Shown: one piece after another, positions 48,332 to 56,379 of the stretch
How the letters are laid out: each line of letters begins with the position of its first letter
Numbering within the stretch: position 1 is the first letter of the stretch
Virus record (IMG/VR): IMGVR_UViG_3300002231_001522
Coordinates: 1 to 61,461 of that record
Strand: one strand, 5' to 3'
DNA length: 61,461 bases
Source of the DNA: a virus
Taxonomy: Duplodnaviria; Caudoviricetes
Notes under the pieces: model-generated
What the model was told of the DNA's origin: nothing
The model's database searches: none
Seen by the model: only the letters and a program-made list of their open reading frames with translations
Program-made: the position numbers and the translations under genes

Positions 48332-48639
48332 AGCGGGCCCTTTTTGGGCTTTAATAATTCCCACATTTCCAATTTTGCCTCATATATCTCATCTTCAGAT
48401 ATAAATTCAATGTTATTTATGTCGTTATATCCCATATAATCACAAAAACTTAAGAATCTATATTCGCAATCTGCAAGGTTTTTTCCCATTTCAAGCCATT
48501 TTCGTTTACATTTAGGCTTGAAAAAAATATTTATATCATAATCTATACTTATTAATTTACTATGATTACCAATAAAAATGAAAATATAGATTTTAAATTG
48601 GTCTCCGTTTTCTCTTTTTATTATCTTTTCGTATTCCAT
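48328..48639 (-). CDS. Hypothetical protein (paralog of 47805..48095)
   Basis: 103 aa; shared terminal motifs with the paralog. Confidence 0.7.
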   Translation of the reverse strand: MEYEKIIKRENGDQFKIYIFIFIGNHSKLISIDYDINIFFKPKCKRKWLEMGKNLADCEYRFLSFCDYMGYNDINNIEFISEDEIYEAKLEMWELLKPKKGPL

Positions 48640-48702
48640 ATAACCTTCTTTTTAATTATTAACAAGACTCTTTTTTCACAAAAACGGAATATAAAATGTA
48701 TT

Positions 48703-48730
48703 GACCATGATTAATATAATAATCATGGTC
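48703..48730. other. Perfect 11-bp inverted repeat (hairpin or operator)
   Basis: GACCATGATTA-ATATAA-TAATCATGGTC. Confidence 0.6.
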
Positions 48731-48844
48731 CAATAATAAATTAGTTTTTTTTTCATTGAAACATTCAGTACAAGGTTCACATATATTAATAGATATTGAA
48801 CAGGTGTCATATTTATTATCTGCCATTTTATGCCCTATATTAAA

Positions 48845-49174
48845 TTATAATTCAGCTTTGCAATGTGAACATTTTATTGATGTTCCTTCTTGATACAATG
48901 TGTCCTCTCCGCATAGCGGACACAGAAATATATCGTTTTTGGTTTTTGTGACAAATGCCATTTCATAATCGGTTACTTCTCTGTAAGCACTATTAAAAAT
49001 GCTTTTAGGGCTCCAACTGTGATATTCTTTTCCGTTTGGATTAGGATATATAACATGGTAGCCGTTTTCGTTTTCAACTTCAGCTATAGGTTCCTTCTCT
49101 TGTATTGTCCTTGTGAATGTATCCCTGTCCATCTGTTCGGCTTTAATTAACTTACAACCTAAATAATACCTCAT
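48845..49174 (-). CDS. Phage protein with the 'Y.G.K...A..M...GY.V.Y...Y.SWSPK..F..AY' domain plus a C-terminal Zn ribbon
   Basis: Motif visible directly; CPLC...CSHC tail. Confidence 0.75.
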   Translation of the reverse strand: MRYYLGCKLIKAEQMDRDTFTRTIQEKEPIAEVENENGYHVIYPNPNGKEYHSWSPKSIFNSAYREVTDYEMAFVTKTKNDIFLCPLCGEDTLYQEGTSIKCSHCKAEL

Positions 49175-49362
49175 AACTTCTCCTTTATTAGTTTAATTGG
49201 TTTATAACACTCTGGACAATGGAATTTACCCAAGTCTCCAAGTGGCAATTTAGTTTTTTTTTGTTTTTTCCCATGTGCCGCTTTATGTGCGTTTATTGAT
49301 TTACCTAATACCGCTTCTGGAAAGATCCCTTTCCAATCACAAAAATTGCATTTTATTTTCAT
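49171..49362 (-). CDS. Small zinc-binding protein
   Basis: 'CNFC...CPEC'. Confidence 0.65.
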   Translation of the reverse strand: MKIKCNFCDWKGIFPEAVLGKSINAHKAAHGKKQKKTKLPLGDLGKFHCPECYKPIKLIKEKL

Positions 49363-49371
49363 TTTTTGACA

Positions 49372-50193
49372 CTATACTCCTAATTCTAATTCTGTTTGGT
49401 AATATTCGATTGTTGAATGCACTCTATTACGAGCATAAATAGCATACTCTTCTGAAATTTCGCTACAGATATATCTCCGTTGATTTAATTTTGCCATTTT
49501 TGGCGTTGTTCCACTACCACAAAATGGATCATAAACCATATCAAATTCATTAGACCAAGATAATATATGATCTTCAGCTAATTTCTCTGGGAATGCCGCA
49601 GGATGTTTTACTCCATATTCTACAGAATTACCCCCTCCTACTACATATTTCCAAATATTATCTATTTTAACATCTCCTACAAGTGAAACTTTACTTTTTT
49701 TGAAATTACCATCTGCATTCCTTGAAAACGATTTAATCCTTTCAGTACGTTTGTCATTCCATTTATTCCTTCTTTTCCGCAATATTGGATTAAATGTTAC
49801 CGGTTTACCCTTAGACAAGACAAACATATACTCAAATGATTGATAGTATCTGTTTGGTCCTCCTATTGGAATCGGATTTTCTTTTTGATATATCATTGTG
49901 TCATGCAAGTTGAAACCGCATTCCAAAAAATATAATGCTTGTCTGAAACTTGTACCAGATTCACTCCCCTTATTCGTAGCATCACCAACAATCCATACAA
50001 CTATACCTCCAATTTTAGTTACTCTAAATAATTCTTTTGCTACATTTTTGAAATCAAATATATAACCGTTATATTTTCTCAAATTATCATAAGGCGGCGA
50101 AGTAACTGTCAAATCAATACAATTATCTTCCATTTTACTCATTGTTACAAGACAATCTTCATTGTAAATTGTGTTTTTCTTTAAGTTTTTCAT
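49372..50193 (-). CDS. Orphan DNA methyltransferase (N4-C/N6-A, beta class)
   Basis: 'DLTVTSPPY', 'HPAAFP', 'DPFCGSGTT'; likely start ATG 50193. Confidence 0.92.
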   Translation of the reverse strand: MKNLKKNTIYNEDCLVTMSKMEDNCIDLTVTSPPYDNLRKYNGYIFDFKNVAKELFRVTKIGGIVVWIVGDATNKGSESGTSFRQALYFLECGFNLHDTMIYQKENPIPIGGPNRYYQSFEYMFVLSKGKPVTFNPILRKRRNKWNDKRTERIKSFSRNADGNFKKSKVSLVGDVKIDNIWKYVVGGGNSVEYGVKHPAAFPEKLAEDHILSWSNEFDMVYDPFCGSGTTPKMAKLNQRRYICSEISEEYAIYARNRVHSTIEYYQTELELGV

Positions 50194-50194
50194 A

Positions 50195-50443
50195 TTAATG
50201 AATAAACAACTTTTGTAGCCATGACATATTTGCTTTGCTTTTAATATGTTCACAGCATATACGGTCAAATTCTTTTATATCCGTAATCATATTATAACAA
50301 TTTTCTCCAAGTACAGATTCTACCAATGAACTGAAATGATTTCTCAAGTTCTCATATTGTGATATTATGTTCTTGTTATCTTCATAAAACTTCTTATAAA
50401 ATTTAAACTCACGGTGTTCGCCGTTATCTATATCTTCAGTCAT
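50195..50443 (-). CDS. Hypothetical protein
   Basis: 82-aa ORF with AAGGAG RBS. Confidence 0.65.
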   Translation of the reverse strand: MTEDIDNGEHREFKFYKKFYEDNKNIISQYENLRNHFSSLVESVLGENCYNMITDIKEFDRICCEHIKSKANMSWLQKLFIH

Positions 50444-50449
50444 ACTATA

Positions 50450-50608
50450 CTACTCCTTCTCTTTTTTAACTTCGCTGATTATTGTTTTGTATATGGCATA
50501 CGCCAATACTAACATTGGTGCAAACGGAAAATTATCAATTGATTCTCCAACTTCTTTAACATCACAATTAGATTTTACATTTGTAGTAAATTGTGAAAAT
50601 GTCAACAT
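50450..50608 (-). CDS. Small hypothetical protein (52 aa; not in the ORF track)
   Basis: AGGAGAG RBS; MLTFSQFTT...KKEKE; fills the gap. Confidence 0.55.
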   Translation of the reverse strand: MLTFSQFTTNVKSNCDVKEVGESIDNFPFAPMLVLAYAIYKTIISEVKKEKE

Positions 50609-50631
50609 TATTTACTCTCCTTTTTTTTAAA

Positions 50632-50829
50632 TTAAAAATTATCAATTCTATTTGTTAGTATTTCCGAATACGCCTCCATAATCCTTAATTGTGTTACAAT
50701 TCTTATTTGCTCGTATTTGTCAATAGTTTTAAAAATATCACTAACATTGATAAAGTTATCTAAATCTTTAATTTTCTTGTTAAGTTCAGATTTCTCTTCT
50801 ATTACTCTTTTTTGATAATTTAACATCAT
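50632..50829 (-). CDS. crAss001_48-like helical-hairpin protein
   Basis: 'YQKRVIEEKSEL..KI..L..FI....F......Q.....QL..M..YS.IL..RI..F'. Confidence 0.8.
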   Translation of the reverse strand: MMLNYQKRVIEEKSELNKKIKDLDNFINVSDIFKTIDKYEQIRIVTQLRIMEAYSEILTNRIDNF

Positions 50830-50839
50830 TTTCCTTTTG

Positions 50840-51613
50840 TTAATACAAGATACTCTCTAATGATTTAATATAATCATCAAGATTATGGTCTTTAAATGAG
50901 CCAATTCTACGTTTTCTTTTAAATGATACATTGCCTTTTCCATCGAGGAAAAGTGGCTGTCCTACATGTCTGTAGCCAAATTTGGGCATTTTTGTTACTG
51001 CGTCACGTTTATTTACGAACCTATAAGCGAAATAGTTTTTAATATCCATGACCATTGCTTTAAATAATTTATAACCTTTTTTATTAAACACTCTTGGTGA
51101 GCCATAAGTATATAAATCTATTTCCGAAAATTTCAATAAATTGCCTTGGGTAATTACTCTTACAAAAAACAATGTAGTTACTGCCGCTCCAAGACTATGT
51201 CCAACAAAATTAATTTTCATATTACTTTTGTCTTCATGGTTTTGCACAATTTCTGTGAGTTCTTTGAAAACTTTTAATCTAACTCTTTGATAGCATCTTG
51301 TAAATCCATAATGGGCTTTTACGCCTTTTCTAAATATTCGTTTCATAAATGCCAAAAAATCAAAGAACCAATCACGCCATTCTCTTGAGCCTTTGAATAC
51401 TACATGATACTCATTCCTACTGAAAAGAATATAGGCTTCAACACTTGAGTATTTGTCATATATCCGGCTTATTACTGTAGCTATTTCAATTTTGCCATTT
51501 AATTTTATATTAAAGACTGAACCTTTTAAAAATTTCCCATCTTTTGGGGGAAAATCGTAAACGAGTTTTGCTAATTTTGCAAAAAATAGGGCTTTTAAAA
51601 TTAATTTTCTCAT
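50840..51613 (-). CDS. Class 3 lipase (alpha/beta hydrolase)
   Basis: 'VVFKGS...DW..D', 'H.GF', 'GHSLG', 'TYGSPRV', 'RFVN..D.V..MP', 'YRHVG', terminal 'DH...Y'. Confidence 0.9.
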   Translation of the reverse strand: MRKLILKALFFAKLAKLVYDFPPKDGKFLKGSVFNIKLNGKIEIATVISRIYDKYSSVEAYILFSRNEYHVVFKGSREWRDWFFDFLAFMKRIFRKGVKAHYGFTRCYQRVRLKVFKELTEIVQNHEDKSNMKINFVGHSLGAAVTTLFFVRVITQGNLLKFSEIDLYTYGSPRVFNKKGYKLFKAMVMDIKNYFAYRFVNKRDAVTKMPKFGYRHVGQPLFLDGKGNVSFKRKRRIGSFKDHNLDDYIKSLESILY

Positions 51614-51623
51614 AATAAACTTT

Positions 51624-52160
51624 CTATTGTTTAGGTTTATATAATTTTACAAGTTCTTGAAGCATGTGTAAATACTTTATATTCTTACCAGAGTAAAGTG
51701 TAACAAGTGAATCAACAAAGTTTATCCAGAACTTTTCTGAACCTTTTTTTGGAGTTGAATAACTATCTTTATCAAACATTTGAATTTCATTTGTTGCTTT
51801 GAATTTAATGTATGATTTTAACAAAAAACGAGACTTGTCGGCACAACAGGCAGGACTTTCAAAATGTGAAAATAACTCATTAAGATTATTATCAAAGAAT
51901 TCCCATTTTGTATATATTGTTTCAATATCATAAACATTCTGTTTGTAAATACCTTTTAAGCCAGAACCTATTATATTAAATAGTTTTTGTACGACCATAA
52001 TATTCATTGTCTCTGGGTTATTAAGATATTCTTTGTTATTGACAATAATACCATATATTGGATCTTTTTTTGATTCTTTGTTTATTGTAGATGAAATAGC
52101 ATCATACAAATCAACAAATGCTTTTTTTACTTCCTTTTCGTTAATTGTTAGTTTTCCCAT
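51624..52160 (-). CDS. Hypothetical protein
   Basis: 178-aa ORF. Confidence 0.7.
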   Translation of the reverse strand: MGKLTINEKEVKKAFVDLYDAISSTINKESKKDPIYGIIVNNKEYLNNPETMNIMVVQKLFNIIGSGLKGIYKQNVYDIETIYTKWEFFDNNLNELFSHFESPACCADKSRFLLKSYIKFKATNEIQMFDKDSYSTPKKGSEKFWINFVDSLVTLYSGKNIKYLHMLQELVKLYKPKQ

Positions 52161-52332
52161 TATTTTCGCTCTCCATGGCTAATGTTATTGCATTATATAC
52201 ATCACTTACTTTGAAATACTCTCCATTTTTCCTACGTACCATTCTTGACGTTGGTTTTGGCTTGGTGTTCTTAATTTTAGGGATATAAGATTTTATATCA
52301 CCCAGTTCTTTAAAGATTGCTTCTATTTTCAA
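52141..52332 (-). CDS. Small hypothetical protein
   Basis: 63-aa ORF with AAGGAG RBS. Confidence 0.6.
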   Translation of the reverse strand: MKIEAIFKELGDIKSYIPKIKNTKPKPTSRMVRRKNGEYFKVSDVYNAITLAMESENNGKTNN

Positions 52333-52335
52333 TTG

Positions 52336-52614
52336 TTACTCCTTCCAAGAATAAGTAAATGAAGTTTTTGAATTATCATAAGTTACTTGCATATCTATAG
52401 GCATAGTTACGATATAGCCGTTAAATGGATTAAACTCTATTGGACAGTCTTTGTGTTTTAATAAGGCTTTTATGAAAAGATCTAAAGGATAGTTTTCCGG
52501 ACATGATGTTATTTCGTTATTTGAAATAGTTGTGTATTTAATTTTACCGTTTTTACGAACTTTGTCATCATGGAACATCTTTTCTGTTAAAGGCATTTCT
52601 GTAGATTTACTCAT
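52336..52614 (-). CDS. Hypothetical protein
   Basis: 92-aa ORF with AAGGAG RBS. Confidence 0.65.
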   Translation of the reverse strand: MSKSTEMPLTEKMFHDDKVRKNGKIKYTTISNNEITSCPENYPLDLFIKALLKHKDCPIEFNPFNGYIVTMPIDMQVTYDNSKTSFTYSWKE

Positions 52615-53248
52615 CGTAAGTCTCCTTTTTTATAATATCACCAATCTCAGTAATAAAACAATATTGATTTTTCCCAGTTATCGGGTAGTTTACTTTTTTT
52701 ATAGAAATTCCTTCCCAATTTGCTACAATAAATGGTGCAATTTTTTTTTCATCATACCCTTGTTGTTTTCTTGCAAAGCCGTTTCTAATAGTAATAATGT
52801 CAAATGCTTTAAACCTGCAACCGTATGCTTTAAAAATTTCATCTACTGTACTATATGTTATAAATGGATTTTTGAATAAATCTTCCATATCTTCTAAATC
52901 CAAAGGATACATATAATTTACAGGATCAATTAATCGCTCTAACCAATGAACTGAAACTGGTCTTATTTCAGTTTTCTTTTTGCCTGAAGATATTTGACCA
53001 AAGTAAGGCTGTGAAACATTAAATTGAACTATTGATTTACTATTACTATTTTTTAAATAGCTTATTTTTGCAAATGCATCATCTATGATTTGTTGTGCGT
53101 TTTCAGGGATTGAACCGATATTGTTCAATATTTGCACCATATAATTATACGACTTAAATGATGTGTACTTGAAAAATTCTTTTAGGGTTAGACCATGTTT
53201 CATAGCCTCTTTTTTAACCCATGAAAAATTTTGTTTTGTTTCATTCAT
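52607..53248 (-). CDS. ASCH/PUA-like domain protein with N-terminal HTH-like segment
   Basis: 'PYFGQISSGKKKTEIR' ASCH motif, 'FDIITIRNGF', 'I.E.G.II'. Confidence 0.75.
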   Translation of the reverse strand: MNETKQNFSWVKKEAMKHGLTLKEFFKYTSFKSYNYMVQILNNIGSIPENAQQIIDDAFAKISYLKNSNSKSIVQFNVSQPYFGQISSGKKKTEIRPVSVHWLERLIDPVNYMYPLDLEDMEDLFKNPFITYSTVDEIFKAYGCRFKAFDIITIRNGFARKQQGYDEKKIAPFIVANWEGISIKKVNYPITGKNQYCFITEIGDIIKKETYDE

Positions 53249-53289
53249 AGATTTTTCCTTTGAATGGTTACTATTAATAAGTTATTAGT

Positions 53290-53352
53290 AATATAATAAA
53301 AAAAAAGATAGAATGCAAATTATTTGTTGAAAAAGAAAATTATAATTATATT
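53290..53352. promoter_or_regulatory. Divergent promoter pair
   Basis: Minus strand TTGCAT-17-TATATT (53318-53290); plus strand TTGTTG-17-TATATT (53324-53352). Confidence 0.6.
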
Positions 53353-53416
53353 AATAGAGAATGTAGGTTAAAATATATCAAATTATTCAGTAAACATTCA
53401 TCAACACGGAGTTTGG

Positions 53417-53731
53417 ATGGCGGAATATAACAGTAACTTAGTACTTCTTGTTTTGGGAATTATATTTGCTCTCGTAAAATTATTTGATTATTTTGCAAAG
53501 AATAAATCAAATAAAGAGATTCTTGAAAAAATAGAGTCTCTGTCAGAATTAACAAGCCAAATACATGTTTTATCTTCTGATTTAAATAAGGTTAATAATA
53601 TTAGAGATGAGGATGGAGTACCACTTATTTATGTTCCTCGATCTCTCGGAAGAGACCAGAAACGTATAGCGGAAATAATACAAGGTATGGTTTTTACATT
53701 AGAATCAATGTTAAGGGAATTACAAAAGTAA
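53417..53731 (+). CDS. Single-TM membrane protein, possible holin
   Basis: N-terminal hydrophobic helix 'LVLLVLGIIFALVKLF' followed by coiled coil. Confidence 0.5.
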   Translation: MAEYNSNLVLLVLGIIFALVKLFDYFAKNKSNKEILEKIESLSELTSQIHVLSSDLNKVNNIRDEDGVPLIYVPRSLGRDQKRIAEIIQGMVFTLESMLRELQK

Positions 53732-53747
53732 TAGAAAGAGGTGGAAT

Positions 53748-53981
53748 ATGGCGAAACATTATCAAGGTCTTCTAAATGGTAGAAGTCTTATGCAACCATT
53801 GGCTCCAGGAAATAACGTTAATGAAGATGAGTACAATCGCATTTTCGGTGAAAAAAAACTTAATATAATATCTGATGAATATAGAGAAAAACTTGCTGTT
53901 AATTCTACTATTTCTCAATGGGATATTATAAAGAATAGAGATTTGGGCAATAAAGATATTTCAGAAAAGCACAATGACTAA
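53748..53981 (+). CDS. Hypothetical protein
   Basis: 77 aa; GAGGTGG RBS; TAATG-coupled to terL. Confidence 0.65.
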   Translation: MAKHYQGLLNGRSLMQPLAPGNNVNEDEYNRIFGEKKLNIISDEYREKLAVNSTISQWDIIKNRDLGNKDISEKHND

Positions 53982-56317
53982 TGGGTAAATATCCAAAAGG
54001 TGAAGGTGTATCCGTAAAAGGATTTTCAAAAAGATTTAATACTTACAATGGTATTGAGTGTAAATTTAGTAATATTGTAATATTTTCAAGAAAAATGTTA
54101 GAATGTTTTGCCCAATATGAGGAATATCGATACAAAAAAATGTATGCGATAACTCAAAATGAAATTTACAACTATTCTAAAGAAGAAGAAGATACAATTG
54201 CAGATATAAAAAAACAAGTACAATGGTATTATAAAGTCTTGGTATTCCTTAGATATAAATTTAAGGAAATTTATGAGAAAAACCCAGCGGCAAAAAAAGC
54301 AATTGATGAAAGATGTGAGAATGATCCTGTTTATTGGATTAATCATTTTGCAGTTACACATGATCCAAGATTAATACGTTTTGGCATAAATCCTAAAGTT
54401 CCTTTTATTTTATATCCTTCACAAGAATATTTAGTTAAACGTGTTCACAAATCATTATTTGATGGTACTAAACTATTAGTTGAGAAAAGTCGTGGTGAGG
54501 GTGCAACAGAGACATTATGTGCTTATACAACATGGGCTTTTGCTTATCAATCCGATTGTACAATAGGCTGGGGCTCAAGAACAAAATATCAAGTAGATTT
54601 GTCAGACAATCCAAATACTATTTTTGAGAGAATTAGAAGAATAATTAGGCATTTACCAAAAAACATGATTCCTGGCTATTCAAAGAAAAATGATAAAACC
54701 CTACGTATTATAAATCCATATACCAAAAGTGTTATTTATGGTAGTGGAGGTAAAGATATTGGTCGTGGTGATAGAGCCACACAGTTTTTTGTAGATGAGT
54801 TTACAACAATAGAAGATAAAGTTTCTGCATTATCTGGTATGAGTGATACTGCATTCTCTAATATTATTTTCTCTACACCAATGGGAAGAGATAAGTTTTT
54901 TGAAGAAAAGAATGTACGTGAAGTAATCACTATGGCTTGGTATTATAACCCAGCAAAAAATTTAGATTGGATAAAGAAATGCCGTCCGGAAAAATCATGG
55001 TGGTATGAAAATGAGAAGATGAGTAAAGATGAGGCTACAATTAAACAAGAAGTCGATATTTCTTACGATGCTTTTGCTGGTAGTTCAATGATTCCTATGG
55101 AATGGATAAATGCTGCCATAAGTCTTCATACTAAAATTGAAAACATGGGATATGGTGTAAATAGAGCCGGTTTTGATATTGCGGCTTCTGGACAAGATAA
55201 AAATGTATATCAAGCCCGAACTGGTAGGATTGCGTTAAAACCGAAGGAAATACAAGGAGTATCAACACCATTAGAAGCGGCAAGAAGAGTGGCAAGATAT
55301 GCAGAGGAAGACTATGTCGATTGTATAAATTATGATGAAAATGCCTACGGTGAAGATGTTCAGACCGAAATGGGAAAAGAATTTCCATCATTATCTTGGA
55401 AAGGTATAAAAGGACAAAGATCACCAACAGATAGATTTTTAGAAGACGATACTGTAAGAGCCTGTGATAAATTTATGAATTTAAGGGGAGAAGTCTGGTA
55501 TAGTGCGAGAAAAGCATTTGAAAGGACATATCAACATGTTAATAGAATTAAAATATGGCCCGTTAATAAACTAATTAGTATTCCTGATGACAATAGACTA
55601 ATAAATGAACTATCACAACCGTTAATGTTAATTGATTCCGGTAAAATTGGTGTTGAGTCAAAACGTGCAATGAGAGCAAGAAAAATAAAATCACCAAACT
55701 TTGCGGATGCTTTTGTTTATTGTTTCTTTGATGATGGCGAAGCTCCATTAATGTCAGGTTCGTTTAATTACAAAGCGTCTGCCGTTTCTCCTGATGTTAT
55801 TGTTGATCCAAATAGAGCTATTGAAATATTTGGTTCAATATACTGTCCTGATGATATAAATGTGTTTACTATTGCAGGGTCTTATGACCGTACTACTAAA
55901 TCTATTCGGATTGTATATGCTTCAAAAACCGGAATATCGGAACTCGATTATATTAATTCAGAGATAAAAGATGTTTGTAGAAATTTACAAGTCAATAATT
56001 GGTTTGCTCCTGAGAAAATAATTAAAACATGTGAAGATGGTACAAATGGATTATTTTACAAATTACGTAAAAAAGGGATAAGGCCTTCAGTTGTTTATTT
56101 AAAAGATTTAACCACAGTTTACAGCGTTATTGAAAATTTATTTAAACATGACAGATTGCTGATTAATTCAGAGTTAGACAATTTTGTTAATAATATAAGA
56201 AATTGGAAAATTGATAAAGGAAAACCTGTAAATGATTTACCTTATGTTAATTGTTTATTGCTTTTTATGTCGGGGTTACTACAGAACAGAATGCGGAAAA
56301 TGTACGATTTAGAATAA
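53981..56317 (+). CDS. terL: Terminase large subunit with C-terminal extension
   Basis: 'PFILYPSQ', 'VEKSRGEG', 'GRGDR..FFVDEF', 'FSTPMG', 'GFDIAASGQD', 'VESK..M..R..KSPNFADA'. Confidence 0.92.
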   Translation: MGKYPKGEGVSVKGFSKRFNTYNGIECKFSNIVIFSRKMLECFAQYEEYRYKKMYAITQNEIYNYSKEEEDTIADIKKQVQWYYKVLVFLRYKFKEIYEKNPAAKKAIDERCENDPVYWINHFAVTHDPRLIRFGINPKVPFILYPSQEYLVKRVHKSLFDGTKLLVEKSRGEGATETLCAYTTWAFAYQSDCTIGWGSRTKYQVDLSDNPNTIFERIRRIIRHLPKNMIPGYSKKNDKTLRIINPYTKSVIYGSGGKDIGRGDRATQFFVDEFTTIEDKVSALSGMSDTAFSNIIFSTPMGRDKFFEEKNVREVITMAWYYNPAKNLDWIKKCRPEKSWWYENEKMSKDEATIKQEVDISYDAFAGSSMIPMEWINAAISLHTKIENMGYGVNRAGFDIAASGQDKNVYQARTGRIALKPKEIQGVSTPLEAARRVARYAEEDYVDCINYDENAYGEDVQTEMGKEFPSLSWKGIKGQRSPTDRFLEDDTVRACDKFMNLRGEVWYSARKAFERTYQHVNRIKIWPVNKLISIPDDNRLINELSQPLMLIDSGKIGVESKRAMRARKIKSPNFADAFVYCFFDDGEAPLMSGSFNYKASAVSPDVIVDPNRAIEIFGSIYCPDDINVFTIAGSYDRTTKSIRIVYASKTGISELDYINSEIKDVCRNLQVNNWFAPEKIIKTCEDGTNGLFYKLRKKGIRPSVVYLKDLTTVYSVIENLFKHDRLLINSELDNFVNNIRNWKIDKGKPVNDLPYVNCLLLFMSGLLQNRMRKMYDLE

Positions 56318-56379
56318 GTAATAAAAATTTTAATAACATTTTTTTGATACAGATAGTATATTATGTATAGGATATAAAT

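Noticed and set aside
49372-50193. Complete restriction-modification system
   Set aside because: No adjacent endonuclease; orphan methyltransferases are common in phages
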